From positions 32,001 through 96,000 of the IMG/VR virus record IMGVR_UViG_3300042296_000700: DNA of 64,000 nucleotides; one strand, 5' to 3'. The position numbers were made by a program, and so were the translations under genes. Shown here in pieces: positions 53,555-63,085 of this stretch (within the stretch, counting starts at the first letter, position 1; each line of letters starts with the position of its first letter). The notes beneath the pieces were generated by a model. It worked only from the letters and a program-made list of their open reading frames with translations, made no database searches and was not told where the DNA came from. This DNA comes from a virus.

Positions 53555-56266
53555 ATGGGGAAAATATCGCGGTTAACACGGCTGCTCATATTCATACCTG
53601 TAGCAGTAATGGCATGGGTCGTACCCCCTATTTCCTCTGTCCACGCAACAGGATATCCCGAAGACCAAAACTGGGAAGCCGTCACCTATGGGGACGGAAA
53701 ATTTGTTGCTGTTGCCTCATCTGGTAACGGTAACCGTGTGATGACGTCAACAGATGGCGACTACTGGGTTTCAAGAACTTCTGCTTCCGACAGCAACTGG
53801 CAAGGGATTACATACGCCGACAATCAGTTTGTTGCAGTTGGCTCAAATGCGGTCATGACCTCGCCTGACGGTGTTACGTGGACATCAAGAACTGCACCAA
53901 CAGGAGAATGGCAAGCAATCACGAACTGTGGCGGTCTTTTTGTTGCTACCGCGACTTGGGGGAGTAGTTATGTAATGTCTTCCACGGATGGTGTTGAATG
54001 GACATTGCGCACTCCCGCCTATGGATGGTCACATGATGCGGTTGCCTGTAGTGCAGAAGTTCCACGGTTTGTTTCCGTGTCTCAGTTCGGTAGAGCATGG
54101 TCTTCCGCTAATGGCACTACTGGCTGGTCTACTCAAAACCCTGGTGCAATTGTAGATATCCGAACAGTTGCGTTTGGCAATGGTCGCTTTACATGGCTTG
54201 AGTACAGCACAAACTCGGGAAATAGATATGGTGGTTACTCCACGAACGGATTGAACTGGTCTGCTGGAATTGTTCCATCTAATCAATGGAAGTACATCAC
54301 CTACGGCGGAGATAAATTTATTGCGGTAGCGGAAGGCGGATTAAATTCCCGTTCTGCTTATTCAACTGATGGCGCGAACTGGACGCTAGGTTCTGGGGTT
54401 CCGAATAACTCGTGGCAAGGTGTTGCTTATGGGGCTGGGAAATATGTTGCTGTAGCAAACTCTGGAACAGACAACAGGGTTATGACTTCTACGGATGGTC
54501 AATCATGGGAGAGTTTGTCTGTCACGCCACCTCCGTACTTTAATGCGGTCACAAACTTGACGGCTGTTGCCAACGCAGATGGAAGCGTTGACCTTGATTG
54601 GGATGCGCCAACGTCAAGCAATGTTGATATCTACGCCTACGCGGTTACGTTCTATGACCTTGACGAAATTGACGGTACCACCTCTGGCGGTTGGGGGGTT
54701 TGGACTAACCAAGGAACTACTTACTCACTGGGTGAATGGATGTTCTCTGGAGGCAACCCCGTAACTACTGGATTCGGACCCGTTCGTTTTGGTATCAAAG
54801 CGGGAAATCAAAGTTGTTTCTCTAACGAAGGTGTGGGTCCATGCGTTTACGGACCCGAAACCACTGTTGATGTAACGGTTCTTGACCCAACTCCACCTTC
54901 AACTACAACAACTGAACCTGAAACAACTACGACCACTCAACCAGAACCAACCACTACTACTCAACCAGAACCAGAAATTACTCAACCAGAAACAACTACA
55001 ACAGAGCCAGAAACTGTTGTAACCATTCCAGAAACCACGACTACCGTTCCAGAATCACCGCCTTCAGGAACAACAACAACCGTTCCATTAGAGGAGGAAA
55101 CGACAGTTGAGACACCCACGAACACGGATAATTCCGAAGATACAGAATCCACCACCTCGCTACCACAATATGCCCCAGAACAAGAGGCAACAACGGATGA
55201 AACGCCGATAGTTGTTCCCGAAGATACGCAAGACGCAGCCGATACTGCGGTTGCAGACATTTTTGACGGTCCTATGTCAGACGACAAACTCGCGGACGCT
55301 GTTGATGATTTGGTTGCTGACGCTGAAACACCTGAAGAACTAACGGCGGTTGTTACTGCGCTTCTTGACCAAGAACTATCGGATGAACAGTTCTCTACCG
55401 TTATTGATTCTGTTTTCTCTGAACCTTTATCTGATGAAAATTTTGCTGCTGCTATAGACGCTGTGTTTGAAGACCCGACTCAACTATCGGAAGCACAGTT
55501 TGAGGATGCAGTTGCCGCAGTGTTTGATGCACCTCTTTCTGATGAGCAGTTCCAAGACGCCGTTGCAGCAGTCTTTGAAGACACCGAGTCTCTGAGTGAC
55601 GAGCAGTTTGATACCGCAGTACAGGCAGTCTTTGATGAGCCTCTAAGTACAGAGCAATTCGCTGAAGCCCTTAGTGCAGTCTTTGATGAACCTATTTCTG
55701 ACGATAAATTTGATGCGATTATTGATGCTGTTTTGGATGAACCAATTTCCGATGAGCAATTTGAGGAACTGGTTAATGTCTTGGAATCTGACACAGTTAC
55801 TGAGGAGCAGGTTTCGGCTGCTGTTGACTCGGTTATTGAAAATGGGGTTACGGAAGACCAAGCCGTTGACCTCGCTACGAGCGAAAAAGTTTTGCAAAGT
55901 ATTGACGGTGAGCAGGCAGCAGAAATCTTTGATGCTGTTGATATCTCAAATGTAAACCCAGAAGAGGCAGCGCAACTGGTTGCAGCGGTTCAAGACGCCC
56001 CAACCGAGGTTAGGGAATCTCTGGAATCTGAAATTAACGTTTTTGACGGAGCCATTGATATCTATGTTCCGCTCGGCTCTGGGGTTGACGTCGGCACACG
56101 TCGCGTCATTGTTGCTGCTGCTGGTGTATTATTTGTAGCACCAACTATTATGCCTATTACTCCAACAGCCCCATTAAATGGTAGTGGTAATAATAATCCA
56201 TCTCCAAATGGTGGCGGAGGTGCTTCGGTGTCAACAGAACCACGCAGAAGGGTTAGAGGAAAATGA
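53555..56266 (+). CDS. Secreted, C-terminally anchored surface protein (propeller-like repeats, FN3, Thr/Pro linker, acidic repeats)
   Basis: Signal peptide ending VHA; W..(V/I)(T/A)YG.G.FVAV repeats; PETTTT linker; AVFDEPLSDEQF repeats; hydrophobic segment and RRRVRGK tail. Confidence 0.75.
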   Translation: MGKISRLTRLLIFIPVAVMAWVVPPISSVHATGYPEDQNWEAVTYGDGKFVAVASSGNGNRVMTSTDGDYWVSRTSASDSNWQGITYADNQFVAVGSNAVMTSPDGVTWTSRTAPTGEWQAITNCGGLFVATATWGSSYVMSSTDGVEWTLRTPAYGWSHDAVACSAEVPRFVSVSQFGRAWSSANGTTGWSTQNPGAIVDIRTVAFGNGRFTWLEYSTNSGNRYGGYSTNGLNWSAGIVPSNQWKYITYGGDKFIAVAEGGLNSRSAYSTDGANWTLGSGVPNNSWQGVAYGAGKYVAVANSGTDNRVMTSTDGQSWESLSVTPPPYFNAVTNLTAVANADGSVDLDWDAPTSSNVDIYAYAVTFYDLDEIDGTTSGGWGVWTNQGTTYSLGEWMFSGGNPVTTGFGPVRFGIKAGNQSCFSNEGVGPCVYGPETTVDVTVLDPTPPSTTTTEPETTTTTQPEPTTTTQPEPEITQPETTTTEPETVVTIPETTTTVPESPPSGTTTTVPLEEETTVETPTNTDNSEDTESTTSLPQYAPEQEATTDETPIVVPEDTQDAADTAVADIFDGPMSDDKLADAVDDLVADAETPEELTAVVTALLDQELSDEQFSTVIDSVFSEPLSDENFAAAIDAVFEDPTQLSEAQFEDAVAAVFDAPLSDEQFQDAVAAVFEDTESLSDEQFDTAVQAVFDEPLSTEQFAEALSAVFDEPISDDKFDAIIDAVLDEPISDEQFEELVNVLESDTVTEEQVSAAVDSVIENGVTEDQAVDLATSEKVLQSIDGEQAAEIFDAVDISNVNPEEAAQLVAAVQDAPTEVRESLESEINVFDGAIDIYVPLGSGVDVGTRRVIVAAAGVLFVAPTIMPITPTAPLNGSGNNNPSPNGGGGASVSTEPRRRVRGK
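55240..55790 (+). repeat. About 10 degenerate 17-18-aa acidic tandem repeats
   Basis: Examples: SVFSEPLSDENFAAAID, AVFDAPLSDEQFQDAVA, AVFDEPLSTEQFAEALS, AVFDEPISDDKFDAIID. Confidence 0.85.
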
Positions 56267-56442
56267 AATATTTGAAAAAACTAGTAAATGAGGGTCACGC
56301 TCTTGCATGGACTTTGGCTGGAACTGCGTTAGTTCTCATCACCCTTTCAGGTGAAACAAAAACCAAGGGGCTTTGGATTAGTGGCGTTGCTTTACTTATT
56401 CACATTATTGGTGTCCTTCTCAAGAAGGAAGAAAACGAGTAA
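56263..56442 (+). CDS. Small 2-TM membrane protein (59 aa)
   Basis: Manual translation MKYLKKLVNEGHALAWTLAGTALVLITLSGETKTKGLWISGVALLIHIIGVLLKKEENE; ATGA overlap. Confidence 0.75.
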   Translation: MKYLKKLVNEGHALAWTLAGTALVLITLSGETKTKGLWISGVALLIHIIGVLLKKEENE

Positions 56443-56445
56443 AAT

Positions 56446-56700
56446 ATGAAAATTCTAAATAATGTTCTGCTGCGCATCGTTGCAGTATTCGCAGCATCGG
56501 GTCTGGGTGTTATTGGTGCTGGCGCAATTGCTGGTGTCACCTTGTGGAAAGCCTGCTTCATGGCTGGCATGGCTGGCGTCGCAACTGTTGTTGAAGGTCT
56601 CGCCAGAGAATTCTTAGATGACGGCAAACTTGAACTCGCTGAAATAAACAGTGTTTTTACAAGGGTTGACAAAAAGGCGCAACAATCAGTATCTGAATAA
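56446..56700 (+). CDS. Holin-like membrane protein
   Basis: Two TM segments, DDGKL..AEIN..F; adjacent to the endolysin. Confidence 0.65.
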   Translation: MKILNNVLLRIVAVFAASGLGVIGAGAIAGVTLWKACFMAGMAGVATVVEGLAREFLDDGKLELAEINSVFTRVDKKAQQSVSE

Positions 56701-56772
56701 TAGGTTCAAACGGTTTGGTATAATATAGTTGAGGGACAAAACCCCCAACGAAATATCAACCGAAGGAAAACC

Positions 56773-57567
56773 ATGAGCCTCCCATACATCAAACTCGTAG
56801 TCCCAACTGCACTCAAGCAGTATAAGAACGGTCAGTTGGCTGACAGCGTTTTGGCTTCCGTTAAAACTGGCGGAAAGATGTACGCACCAGTCGCAGCGCA
56901 ATTCAATAAGTTGTACGACGCCGCCCTGGCTGCTGGTCATAAACTCAGGAATGTTGGCGACTACCGTTCGTTTGAAGGTCAACTCGCAATGTTCCGTGAC
57001 CGCTATGTGCTTGAAAATACTGGTACTGGCGTAACCCGCACTTTTGAAGGAAAGACTTGGTACCTCAAGAAGGGCAAGGCTCCTTCTGCGGCTCCAGACC
57101 CAACAGGTCTCAAAGGCTCAAATCATGGCTGGGGGCTGGCTATTGACCTCGGATACGAGTCTCGCGGTCAGTTGCTTGGCATGGGTGGCGCTTGTTTTGA
57201 CTGGATGTGTGCAAACGCTCCCAAGTACGGTTTCTATCTCCAAGGTAACGATAAGAAATCTAAAGAGTTTGAAGCATGGCACTGGCAGTATGCTCTCGGA
57301 GATGCATCGCCTGATGGCTCGGCTCCAGCCGCTGCTCCTGCTGCTGCTCCTGTAGCAGGCGGACTTCACTTTGATTACCCTGGCTTTGATGTCAAAAAAG
57401 GTTACAAGGGCGATGTCGCGAAACTGGTACAAGCAGTTATCGGCGCTAAGCCCGATGGCGACTTCGGTGCTAAGTCTGAGGCTTCACTCAAGGCATGGCA
57501 AACAAGTAAGGGTCTTCACGCTAACGGCGTAGTTTGCAAAGATTGCTGGAAGGTAATGTTCGGCTGA
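56773..57567 (+). CDS. Endolysin: M15 (VanY-like) Zn peptidase plus peptidoglycan-binding domain
   Basis: YRS...Q, SNHGWGLAID, EAWHW; Ala/Pro linker; DGDFG...WQ..GL.ANGVV. Confidence 0.92.
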   Translation: MSLPYIKLVVPTALKQYKNGQLADSVLASVKTGGKMYAPVAAQFNKLYDAALAAGHKLRNVGDYRSFEGQLAMFRDRYVLENTGTGVTRTFEGKTWYLKKGKAPSAAPDPTGLKGSNHGWGLAIDLGYESRGQLLGMGGACFDWMCANAPKYGFYLQGNDKKSKEFEAWHWQYALGDASPDGSAPAAAPAAAPVAGGLHFDYPGFDVKKGYKGDVAKLVQAVIGAKPDGDFGAKSEASLKAWQTSKGLHANGVVCKDCWKVMFG

Positions 57568-57656
57568 TTATCTATCACCTAGCCGAATGGTTAGGGTACG
57601 CCTGATTTTTCAAATTTACATAGTGCTCAAGAGTTCTAGTGTAATGTGTTCCCAGT

Positions 57657-57989
57657 ATGGAAGATGACAAAGAGGTCTCGTGGCACAATGACGGGCATAT
57701 TCTTGTCATGCAACTCAACCACAGTGCCGTAAAAATCATTGAAGTCATCTGTCCTCACGCTTCCTCAGATGAAGCGACGTGCCGTCACGCTGACGCCAAA
57801 TGCGCAGTTGAATGGTTCATCAACAGGTTTGGTCTTGACTGCAACGTTGGCGTATGTCCACCTCAGGAAAACCTTCAAGTCGCTTGGACTTTCGCTGGAG
57901 AGTGGCACCATGAACTTGACCAAGGTCAAATATGGGTTATGCCAGTAGATGATGAGGCTTTTTCTGCTTGGATTATCACTCAGCAGTAG
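57657..57989 (+). CDS. Hypothetical Cys/Trp-containing protein
   Basis: 110-aa ORF. Confidence 0.7.
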   Translation: MEDDKEVSWHNDGHILVMQLNHSAVKIIEVICPHASSDEATCRHADAKCAVEWFINRFGLDCNVGVCPPQENLQVAWTFAGEWHHELDQGQIWVMPVDDEAFSAWIITQQ

Positions 57990-58003
57990 GTGCTATCACT
58001 CTG

Positions 58004-58465
58004 CTATTCGGCTGACCTTTTCATGAGTCGCTTAATGACGGTAAATAAGCCTCTGATATCACTGTGATTTTCAAGAGTTGACCCGACAATTTGATATTCA
58101 TTTCTTCCATTGACTTTTGTTCTTGCTATGAGCGAATCATCAAGGAGTTTTGCTATTGCTTTCCCAACGTTTGTTTCCGTCGTACCTAACAAAACAGACA
58201 TCTCGCGAATAGTTAAGTAAGGCTTTTGAATAAGCAACGAAATAACTCGTCCTGCTGGAGTCAACAAACTCGTTACGTTGTTGTCGCCGTATTGAATAAT
58301 GTTTTGTTCGCCAAGAGTTTGAAGTATTGATTCAACCATTGACACAACATCATCACCATTTTTCACACACTCGTCAACTGTATGTTCAAGAGGCGTGCGT
58401 AAAACATGGTCTCTTTTATTTGAATAACGTGAAGACATTGAACTCCTAGACATAGACGCAAACAT
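58004..58465 (-). CDS. Winged-HTH DNA-binding protein
   Basis: PYLTIREMSVLLGTTETNVGKAIAKL.D.SLI.R.K..GRN.Y. Confidence 0.75.
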   Translation of the reverse strand: MFASMSRSSMSSRYSNKRDHVLRTPLEHTVDECVKNGDDVVSMVESILQTLGEQNIIQYGDNNVTSLLTPAGRVISLLIQKPYLTIREMSVLLGTTETNVGKAIAKLLDDSLIARTKVNGRNEYQIVGSTLENHSDIRGLFTVIKRLMKRSAE

Positions 58466-58524
58466 AGTATATAGTTACACCTGTCCACGTGCGTTTCCAA
58501 TTGCACGATTAGTGGGGGTCACAT

Positions 58525-58767
58525 ATGTCAGAACTTGCATCAAGGTTAATGAGATTAGATGCCGAGCAAAATCAACCATGCCCTGTAACAAAACTTCTCA
58601 ATTCACTAGATGGTGAAACATCAGAAGTTTTAAAAAGAGTAATGGATGGTAGGGCATCTACGCGAGAAATACATAGTGAACTTACTGCTGGTGGATACAG
58701 GATAGGTAGAGACACAATAGCCGCACATCGCAACGGCTGGTGCCGCTGTCAAGGAGAAACCAAATGA
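58525..58767 (+). CDS. Small putative Zn-binding protein
   Basis: CPV...HRNGWCRC; directly precedes the phosphoesterase. Confidence 0.7.
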   Translation: MSELASRLMRLDAEQNQPCPVTKLLNSLDGETSEVLKRVMDGRASTREIHSELTAGGYRIGRDTIAAHRNGWCRCQGETK

Positions 58768-60011
58768 GTAAGAAACCAACGACATTGGCAGCCCGTCTTG
58801 CAGCGGTAGAAAATAAAGCAGAACATGAGGATGATGTTAAAAGTCGCAAGACTCCGCCAGGTTGGGAACCTGGTGTTATCTGGGATGGAAAAACTGGAAC
58901 TATCACAACTGACACAATCTATGAGACTCCAGAAGATTGGTCAGATTTATTACGTGCTCGCGGTTTAGACCCAGAGAAGTACGAAATTGTTGGAGACACA
59001 ATCAAATGGTGTTCCTACGATGGCTGGAAACGAGAGAGCCAAGAGGACACTGCAACGAGTGCTATCTGCTACTCGTTCAAAGCAGAGATTCGCTTGAAGT
59101 CAAAGAACCGTTATAGCGGTGATTTGGAGGCGTTATATCACGACGTTCGCAAGAAGAAGAAGGGTGCTAAAGTCGCCCCAACTGGTGACAGTACTTTTGT
59201 AGTTGCTCTAAGCGACTGGCAAGTCGGAAACAGAGATGGTGGCGGAGTAGAGCGTCAAGCCGAAAAAATCGCCACTCTCGTAGACGCAATTCCCCAGCGT
59301 ATTGCGGATTTGCGCCGTGCAGGCAACAAAATCGGACATATTGTTATTGCTGGATTAGGTGACCTTTGCGAAGGAACTTGCGGACATTATCCAGCACAGC
59401 AATTCCGAATTGAGTTAGACCGACGCGAACAACTCAAACTTGTCCGTCGTGGAGTCCGAGACATCATCATGGCTTGTGCACCGTTAGCGGAAAAGGTAAC
59501 AGTGACCGCAGTAGGCGGAAACCATGGCGAGAACCGTGGCTTAACTGGCAAAGCATTCACAACTACTGGCGACAACGACGATGTAGCAATCTTTGAACAG
59601 ATTGCCGAAATCCTTTCAATCAACCCAGAGGTTTATGGGCATGTCGGATTCAGACTTCCGCTAGAACGCCTTACTGTTTCGTTAAATCTGTCTGGACATA
59701 ATGTCGCATTCACGCACGGACACCTATCCAAAGCAAGTGGTAACGCTGCGCAATCAGTATGGAACTGGTGGAAAGACCAGACTTTAGGTCGCGCCCACGC
59801 AGGAGTAGCCGACGCAGACATCCTTATCACAGGGCATTATCACCACTTGAACGTTAAAGAGCAGGAAGGACGCGCCGTTTTTGTTTGTCCAAGTCTCACA
59901 TCTGTTGGTGAATACTTCCAAGATGCCTATGGAGTGAGAACCCGTGAAGGGACATTGTCAATTCTTATCTCTGAAGAAAACGGGTGGGGCGAACTCCACC
60001 TTATTAACTGA
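58764..60011 (+). CDS. Calcineurin-like metallophosphoesterase
   Basis: SDWQ, GDLCE, GNHGE, THGH, GHYHH motifs. Confidence 0.88.
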   Translation: MSKKPTTLAARLAAVENKAEHEDDVKSRKTPPGWEPGVIWDGKTGTITTDTIYETPEDWSDLLRARGLDPEKYEIVGDTIKWCSYDGWKRESQEDTATSAICYSFKAEIRLKSKNRYSGDLEALYHDVRKKKKGAKVAPTGDSTFVVALSDWQVGNRDGGGVERQAEKIATLVDAIPQRIADLRRAGNKIGHIVIAGLGDLCEGTCGHYPAQQFRIELDRREQLKLVRRGVRDIIMACAPLAEKVTVTAVGGNHGENRGLTGKAFTTTGDNDDVAIFEQIAEILSINPEVYGHVGFRLPLERLTVSLNLSGHNVAFTHGHLSKASGNAAQSVWNWWKDQTLGRAHAGVADADILITGHYHHLNVKEQEGRAVFVCPSLTSVGEYFQDAYGVRTREGTLSILISEENGWGELHLIN

Positions 60012-60018
60012 GGCGACC

Positions 60019-60411
60019 ATGGCAAAAGAGGAAACTGAAGTTGAACGCAAGATAGCCCACATTGAATCCTTGATGCACAAGGACTATGCGGGTTACATTG
60101 AATGTGACCACGGCTGGGATGAACTCATCATCAAATGCCATGAGGAACTGATAGCACTAGACCCCAACTATGTGCTTATACAAATTAAACAGAAGTTTGG
60201 TGGTCTTCGCTACTACTTTGAAACAGAGGCAGACAACAGAATACGCCTCAAAATGTATGAAGTAACAGGGAGATACGAGGCGCTATCACTCAAAACTTGT
60301 GAAGTCACAGGCGAAGCAGGCATCCTCATGAAACATCAAGGACAATACTTTACAGTCAACCCCGACTACGCCCCAGACGGAGCAGTGGAAGTAAACCGTG
60401 ATGGACAATGA
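60019..60411 (+). CDS. Conserved phage hypothetical protein
   Basis: CDHGW..L...QIKQKFGGLRYY...S.KTCEVTG..G. Confidence 0.75.
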   Translation: MAKEETEVERKIAHIESLMHKDYAGYIECDHGWDELIIKCHEELIALDPNYVLIQIKQKFGGLRYYFETEADNRIRLKMYEVTGRYEALSLKTCEVTGEAGILMKHQGQYFTVNPDYAPDGAVEVNRDGQ

Positions 60412-60559
60412 AGAATACGAAAGCGTAGAAGAAACCCTACGCATCATGGCTGACGTCATGAACAAAGAAGCCGTGCAATTCAACATTGCCCCAGAGTTCC
60501 TACAAGAAGTAGCCGACGAAATCGCCAACCTCAAACGACAGTTAGCCGAAAAATCGTGA
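60401..60559 (+). CDS. Hypothetical protein (52 aa)
   Basis: Manual translation MDNEEYESVEETLRIMADVMNKE...ADEIANLKRQLAEKS; overlaps both neighbours. Confidence 0.65.
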   Translation: MDNEEYESVEETLRIMADVMNKEAVQFNIAPEFLQEVADEIANLKRQLAEKS

Positions 60560-60765
60560 ACGACACAGCAGACATCATCCACAGAGAACCGAACTACCGT
60601 TGGGCAGTCATTGTACAGGAACCCCTAGAAGAATGGGGAACCCCCGAATTCCTAGTCGTCAAAGGCGACGGATTCAAATATACGGCAGTAGCCAGAACAG
60701 ACTTCCTAGCAGAAGCCGAAGAAATGGCAACAGCCCTCAACTACTGGGAAACACGCCCACTGTAA
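60556..60765 (+). CDS. Hypothetical protein
   Basis: GTGA overlap with the previous ORF. Confidence 0.65.
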   Translation: MNDTADIIHREPNYRWAVIVQEPLEEWGTPEFLVVKGDGFKYTAVARTDFLAEAEEMATALNYWETRPL

Positions 60766-60840
60766 CCCTATGAACAAAGCGCCGCATTCCTCCTCCACGT
60801 ACCCAAATGCTGGATTGTCCTATATACGGAGACACTACTG

Positions 60841-61464
60841 ATGACGACGATTGTGGGTATTCAGGGGGATGGTTTTGCTTTGCTTGCGACGGATAGTCGT
60901 ATCTCTAGTTTTGATGAGAAGGGTACTGCGTATCAGTATACGACTTTGGGTGGGGGGTCTAGCAAACTTGCTTATAACGGGAAGTATCTGTTAGGTGCAG
61001 CAGGGGATGTGAGAGCAATTAACATTTTGCATCATGCTTTCCATCCGCCGTTGTGTGCTCTGACTCTTAAAGGGAAACGGTTGGATACTTTTATTACAAC
61101 CAAATTCATTCCTGCTTTACGTCACTGCTTTGAAGAACAGGGGTATGCGGCTCCTAACGATAAGGAGAACAGTCATATCGCTGAGCATGATTCAACAATC
61201 ATCGCCGTCATCAACGCAACCATTTACATCATAGATGGTGACTACTCATGGACAAACGACGCCACAGGACTATACGCAGCAGGCACAGGGTCAAGTTACG
61301 CACTAGGCGCACTACAAGCACTCAACCACAAAAACCCCACACCCCAACAAGCCAAAACAATCGCACTCAAAGCACTCAACATCGCAGCCAAATACGACCC
61401 CTACACAGGGGCACCACACCACACATACCTGCAAGAACACAACCGAAACAGCACCCAACAATGA
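60841..61464 (+). CDS. Ntn-hydrolase, proteasome-beta/HslV-like protease
   Basis: M-TTIVGI (Thr nucleophile), ATDSR, K, GAAGD, AAGTGSSYALGAL, D.YTG. Confidence 0.88.
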   Translation: MTTIVGIQGDGFALLATDSRISSFDEKGTAYQYTTLGGGSSKLAYNGKYLLGAAGDVRAINILHHAFHPPLCALTLKGKRLDTFITTKFIPALRHCFEEQGYAAPNDKENSHIAEHDSTIIAVINATIYIIDGDYSWTNDATGLYAAGTGSSYALGALQALNHKNPTPQQAKTIALKALNIAAKYDPYTGAPHHTYLQEHNRNSTQQ

Positions 61465-61982
61465 CACACCCAAACCAAATAAACTTAACCGATATACAGG
61501 GAATACCCCCCACCCCACAGACATGGTACGACCAAGCCAACTGCAAAGGGAAAACCCACCTCATGTTCCCAAAAGAACACAAAGACATCACATACATCAA
61601 ACAAGCACGCAACATCTGCAAACAATGCACAGTCAAAGAACAATGCCTCACCACCGCACTCCAATACCCAGCAATAGACATGCACGGAGTATGGGCAGGA
61701 CTCACCAGCAGACAACTAGCAACAGAACAAAAACGCAGAGGCATCAAAGCCACCCGCCCATCACTAGCCCAAATGTTCCCCGCTACCCACAACGCACCCC
61801 GCACAAATCGCAAAACAAAAGCCCACCAAACTCAACAGGCACAGGAACACAATCCGAACGACCACACGGATTCAACACCCTCTCCCCAGCAAGATACGCA
61901 CGCAACACAGAACCAGCATCAGGAAGAACCCTCCCATCAACAAGACGAGGCAACCCCCGACCCTCACGAACAGCAGACATAA
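61461..61982 (+). CDS. whiB: WhiB-family Fe-S transcription factor
   Basis: ATG 61461; W...ANC...F...ARNICKQC.V..QCL..AL...GVWAGLT. Confidence 0.9.
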   Translation: MTHPNQINLTDIQGIPPTPQTWYDQANCKGKTHLMFPKEHKDITYIKQARNICKQCTVKEQCLTTALQYPAIDMHGVWAGLTSRQLATEQKRRGIKATRPSLAQMFPATHNAPRTNRKTKAHQTQQAQEHNPNDHTDSTPSPQQDTHATQNQHQEEPSHQQDEATPDPHEQQT

Positions 61983-62127
61983 CCACAACCGACAACCACT
62001 GCTGCAAAGACACACCCTCCGCCGCACACAAATCAATCACAGCATTCTTATCCGCACCAGACAACACAAACTCCATACGATAAGAAACATCAAGATTCCT
62101 AGCCCGCTCAGGAACCCTCGGCATCAC
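61783..62127 (-). CDS. RHH-like plus Zn-ribbon protein
   Basis: CAAEGVSLQQW; C-terminal CGRSDC...CDLCG. Confidence 0.65.
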   Translation of the reverse strand: MMPRVPERARNLDVSYRMEFVLSGADKNAVIDLCAAEGVSLQQWLSVVVMSAVREGRGLPRLVDGRVLPDAGSVLRAYLAGERVLNPCGRSDCVPVPVEFGGLLFCDLCGVRCG

Positions 62128-62278
62128 GCCTCACCAACGTCGTCACATACTCAGTCAACGTCATGTCATAACCATCAGCCAACGAAACCATCAAATTTTT
62201 AAGTTCGCCGTCTATTTTGAGGGTGAGGGTTGTTTTGTGTTTGGTTGTTGTTTGGGGTGGGCGTCCGTTGCGTTTCAT
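62108..62278 (-). CDS. Ribbon-helix-helix DNA-binding protein
   Basis: GRP...TLTLKIDGELK.......DMTLTEYV..LV; ATG 62278 with ATGA overlap. Confidence 0.75.
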   Translation of the reverse strand: MKRNGRPPQTTTKHKTTLTLKIDGELKNLMVSLADGYDMTLTEYVTTLVRRDAEGS

Positions 62279-62706
62279 TGGTAGGTCTCGTTCCATTGTT
62301 TCGTATAGATTTGTATGAAGTGTTCTCTGTCTGAGTTTGTGTGCAACGCGTAGCCGCCTACCGTTTTGATGGCTTGTTGTAGAACAGGATGCAAATTGGC
62401 GGGGGTGTAGTTCCCTGAGTCTAGTTGTGAGGCGAGGTCACGGTAGATTGCCCATGCTTCGTGTGGGGTTGGGGCGAGGGTGTCGGTGTGCATGTCTCGG
62501 ACACGACGGTATACGGTGCCTGCTCTGGGCATGTAGGTGTCTTCTCTGGCTATGACGTCTATAGCAGTGTGGCATTCAGTGGCGTCAAGTTCTCCGATGA
62601 TTCTCCACCAAGCGTTATACGTCGCCTTAGGGGCACCAGTGTTAGCCAACTGGTTCCAATGCGCGAGCACACGGTCAACTATCTCTACACATTCTTCCTT
62701 AGTCAT
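62275..62706 (-). CDS. Helicase loader/inhibitor-like protein (G39P-like)
   Basis: MTKEE...W..II.EL...AI......YMP.AG....PTPHEAW...AIKTVGG....DREHF..IY. Confidence 0.65.
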   Translation of the reverse strand: MTKEECVEIVDRVLAHWNQLANTGAPKATYNAWWRIIGELDATECHTAIDVIAREDTYMPRAGTVYRRVRDMHTDTLAPTPHEAWAIYRDLASQLDSGNYTPANLHPVLQQAIKTVGGYALHTNSDREHFIQIYTKQWNETYQ

Positions 62707-63085
62707 CTAAGAACCCTTTCGCACCTAAGTTACCGTCCGCTTCAGTGAGGTCACAGAACTTCTCAATATGGTCTGCGTCCCTGAAGATGAGTTCTAGGCT
62801 GTCATACCGTTTCTTGTTACGGTTCGCTCCCATATGGAAGGGTGACTTGGAACAGCCTGTGATTGCTTTCATGCAGTCGTCTATGCCGTAGTCGTGTATC
62901 GCTGCGCCGATGAAGAGTTTGCGCTTGTCATCCAACTTAGTTCTGCTAGATTTATTTGAACGCAGTGTGGTGACCCAGAAGTCAAACACTTTCTGGATGT
63001 CAGCATCAGCCACAGTTCTGCACTTGGCAGCCTGACCAACAGCGCGACCTTTTCTTACGGGTTCAGTAGAAGGAAGAGAGTCCAT
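62699..63085 (-). CDS. Stand-alone replication-initiator C-terminal-like domain
   Basis: KVFDFW...LDDKRK..I......GIDDCMKAI.GC..SPFHMG.N...YDSLELIFR; ATG 63085. Confidence 0.6.
   Translation of the reverse strand: MDSLPSTEPVRKGRAVGQAAKCRTVADADIQKVFDFWVTTLRSNKSSRTKLDDKRKLFIGAAIHDYGIDDCMKAITGCSKSPFHMGANRNKKRYDSLELIFRDADHIEKFCDLTEADGNLGAKGFLDD

Noticed and set aside
61248-62083. N-terminal extension of WhiB from 61248 and ORF 61523..62083
   Set aside because: Open only because the AC skew removes stops; ATG 61461 is coupled to the upstream stop.
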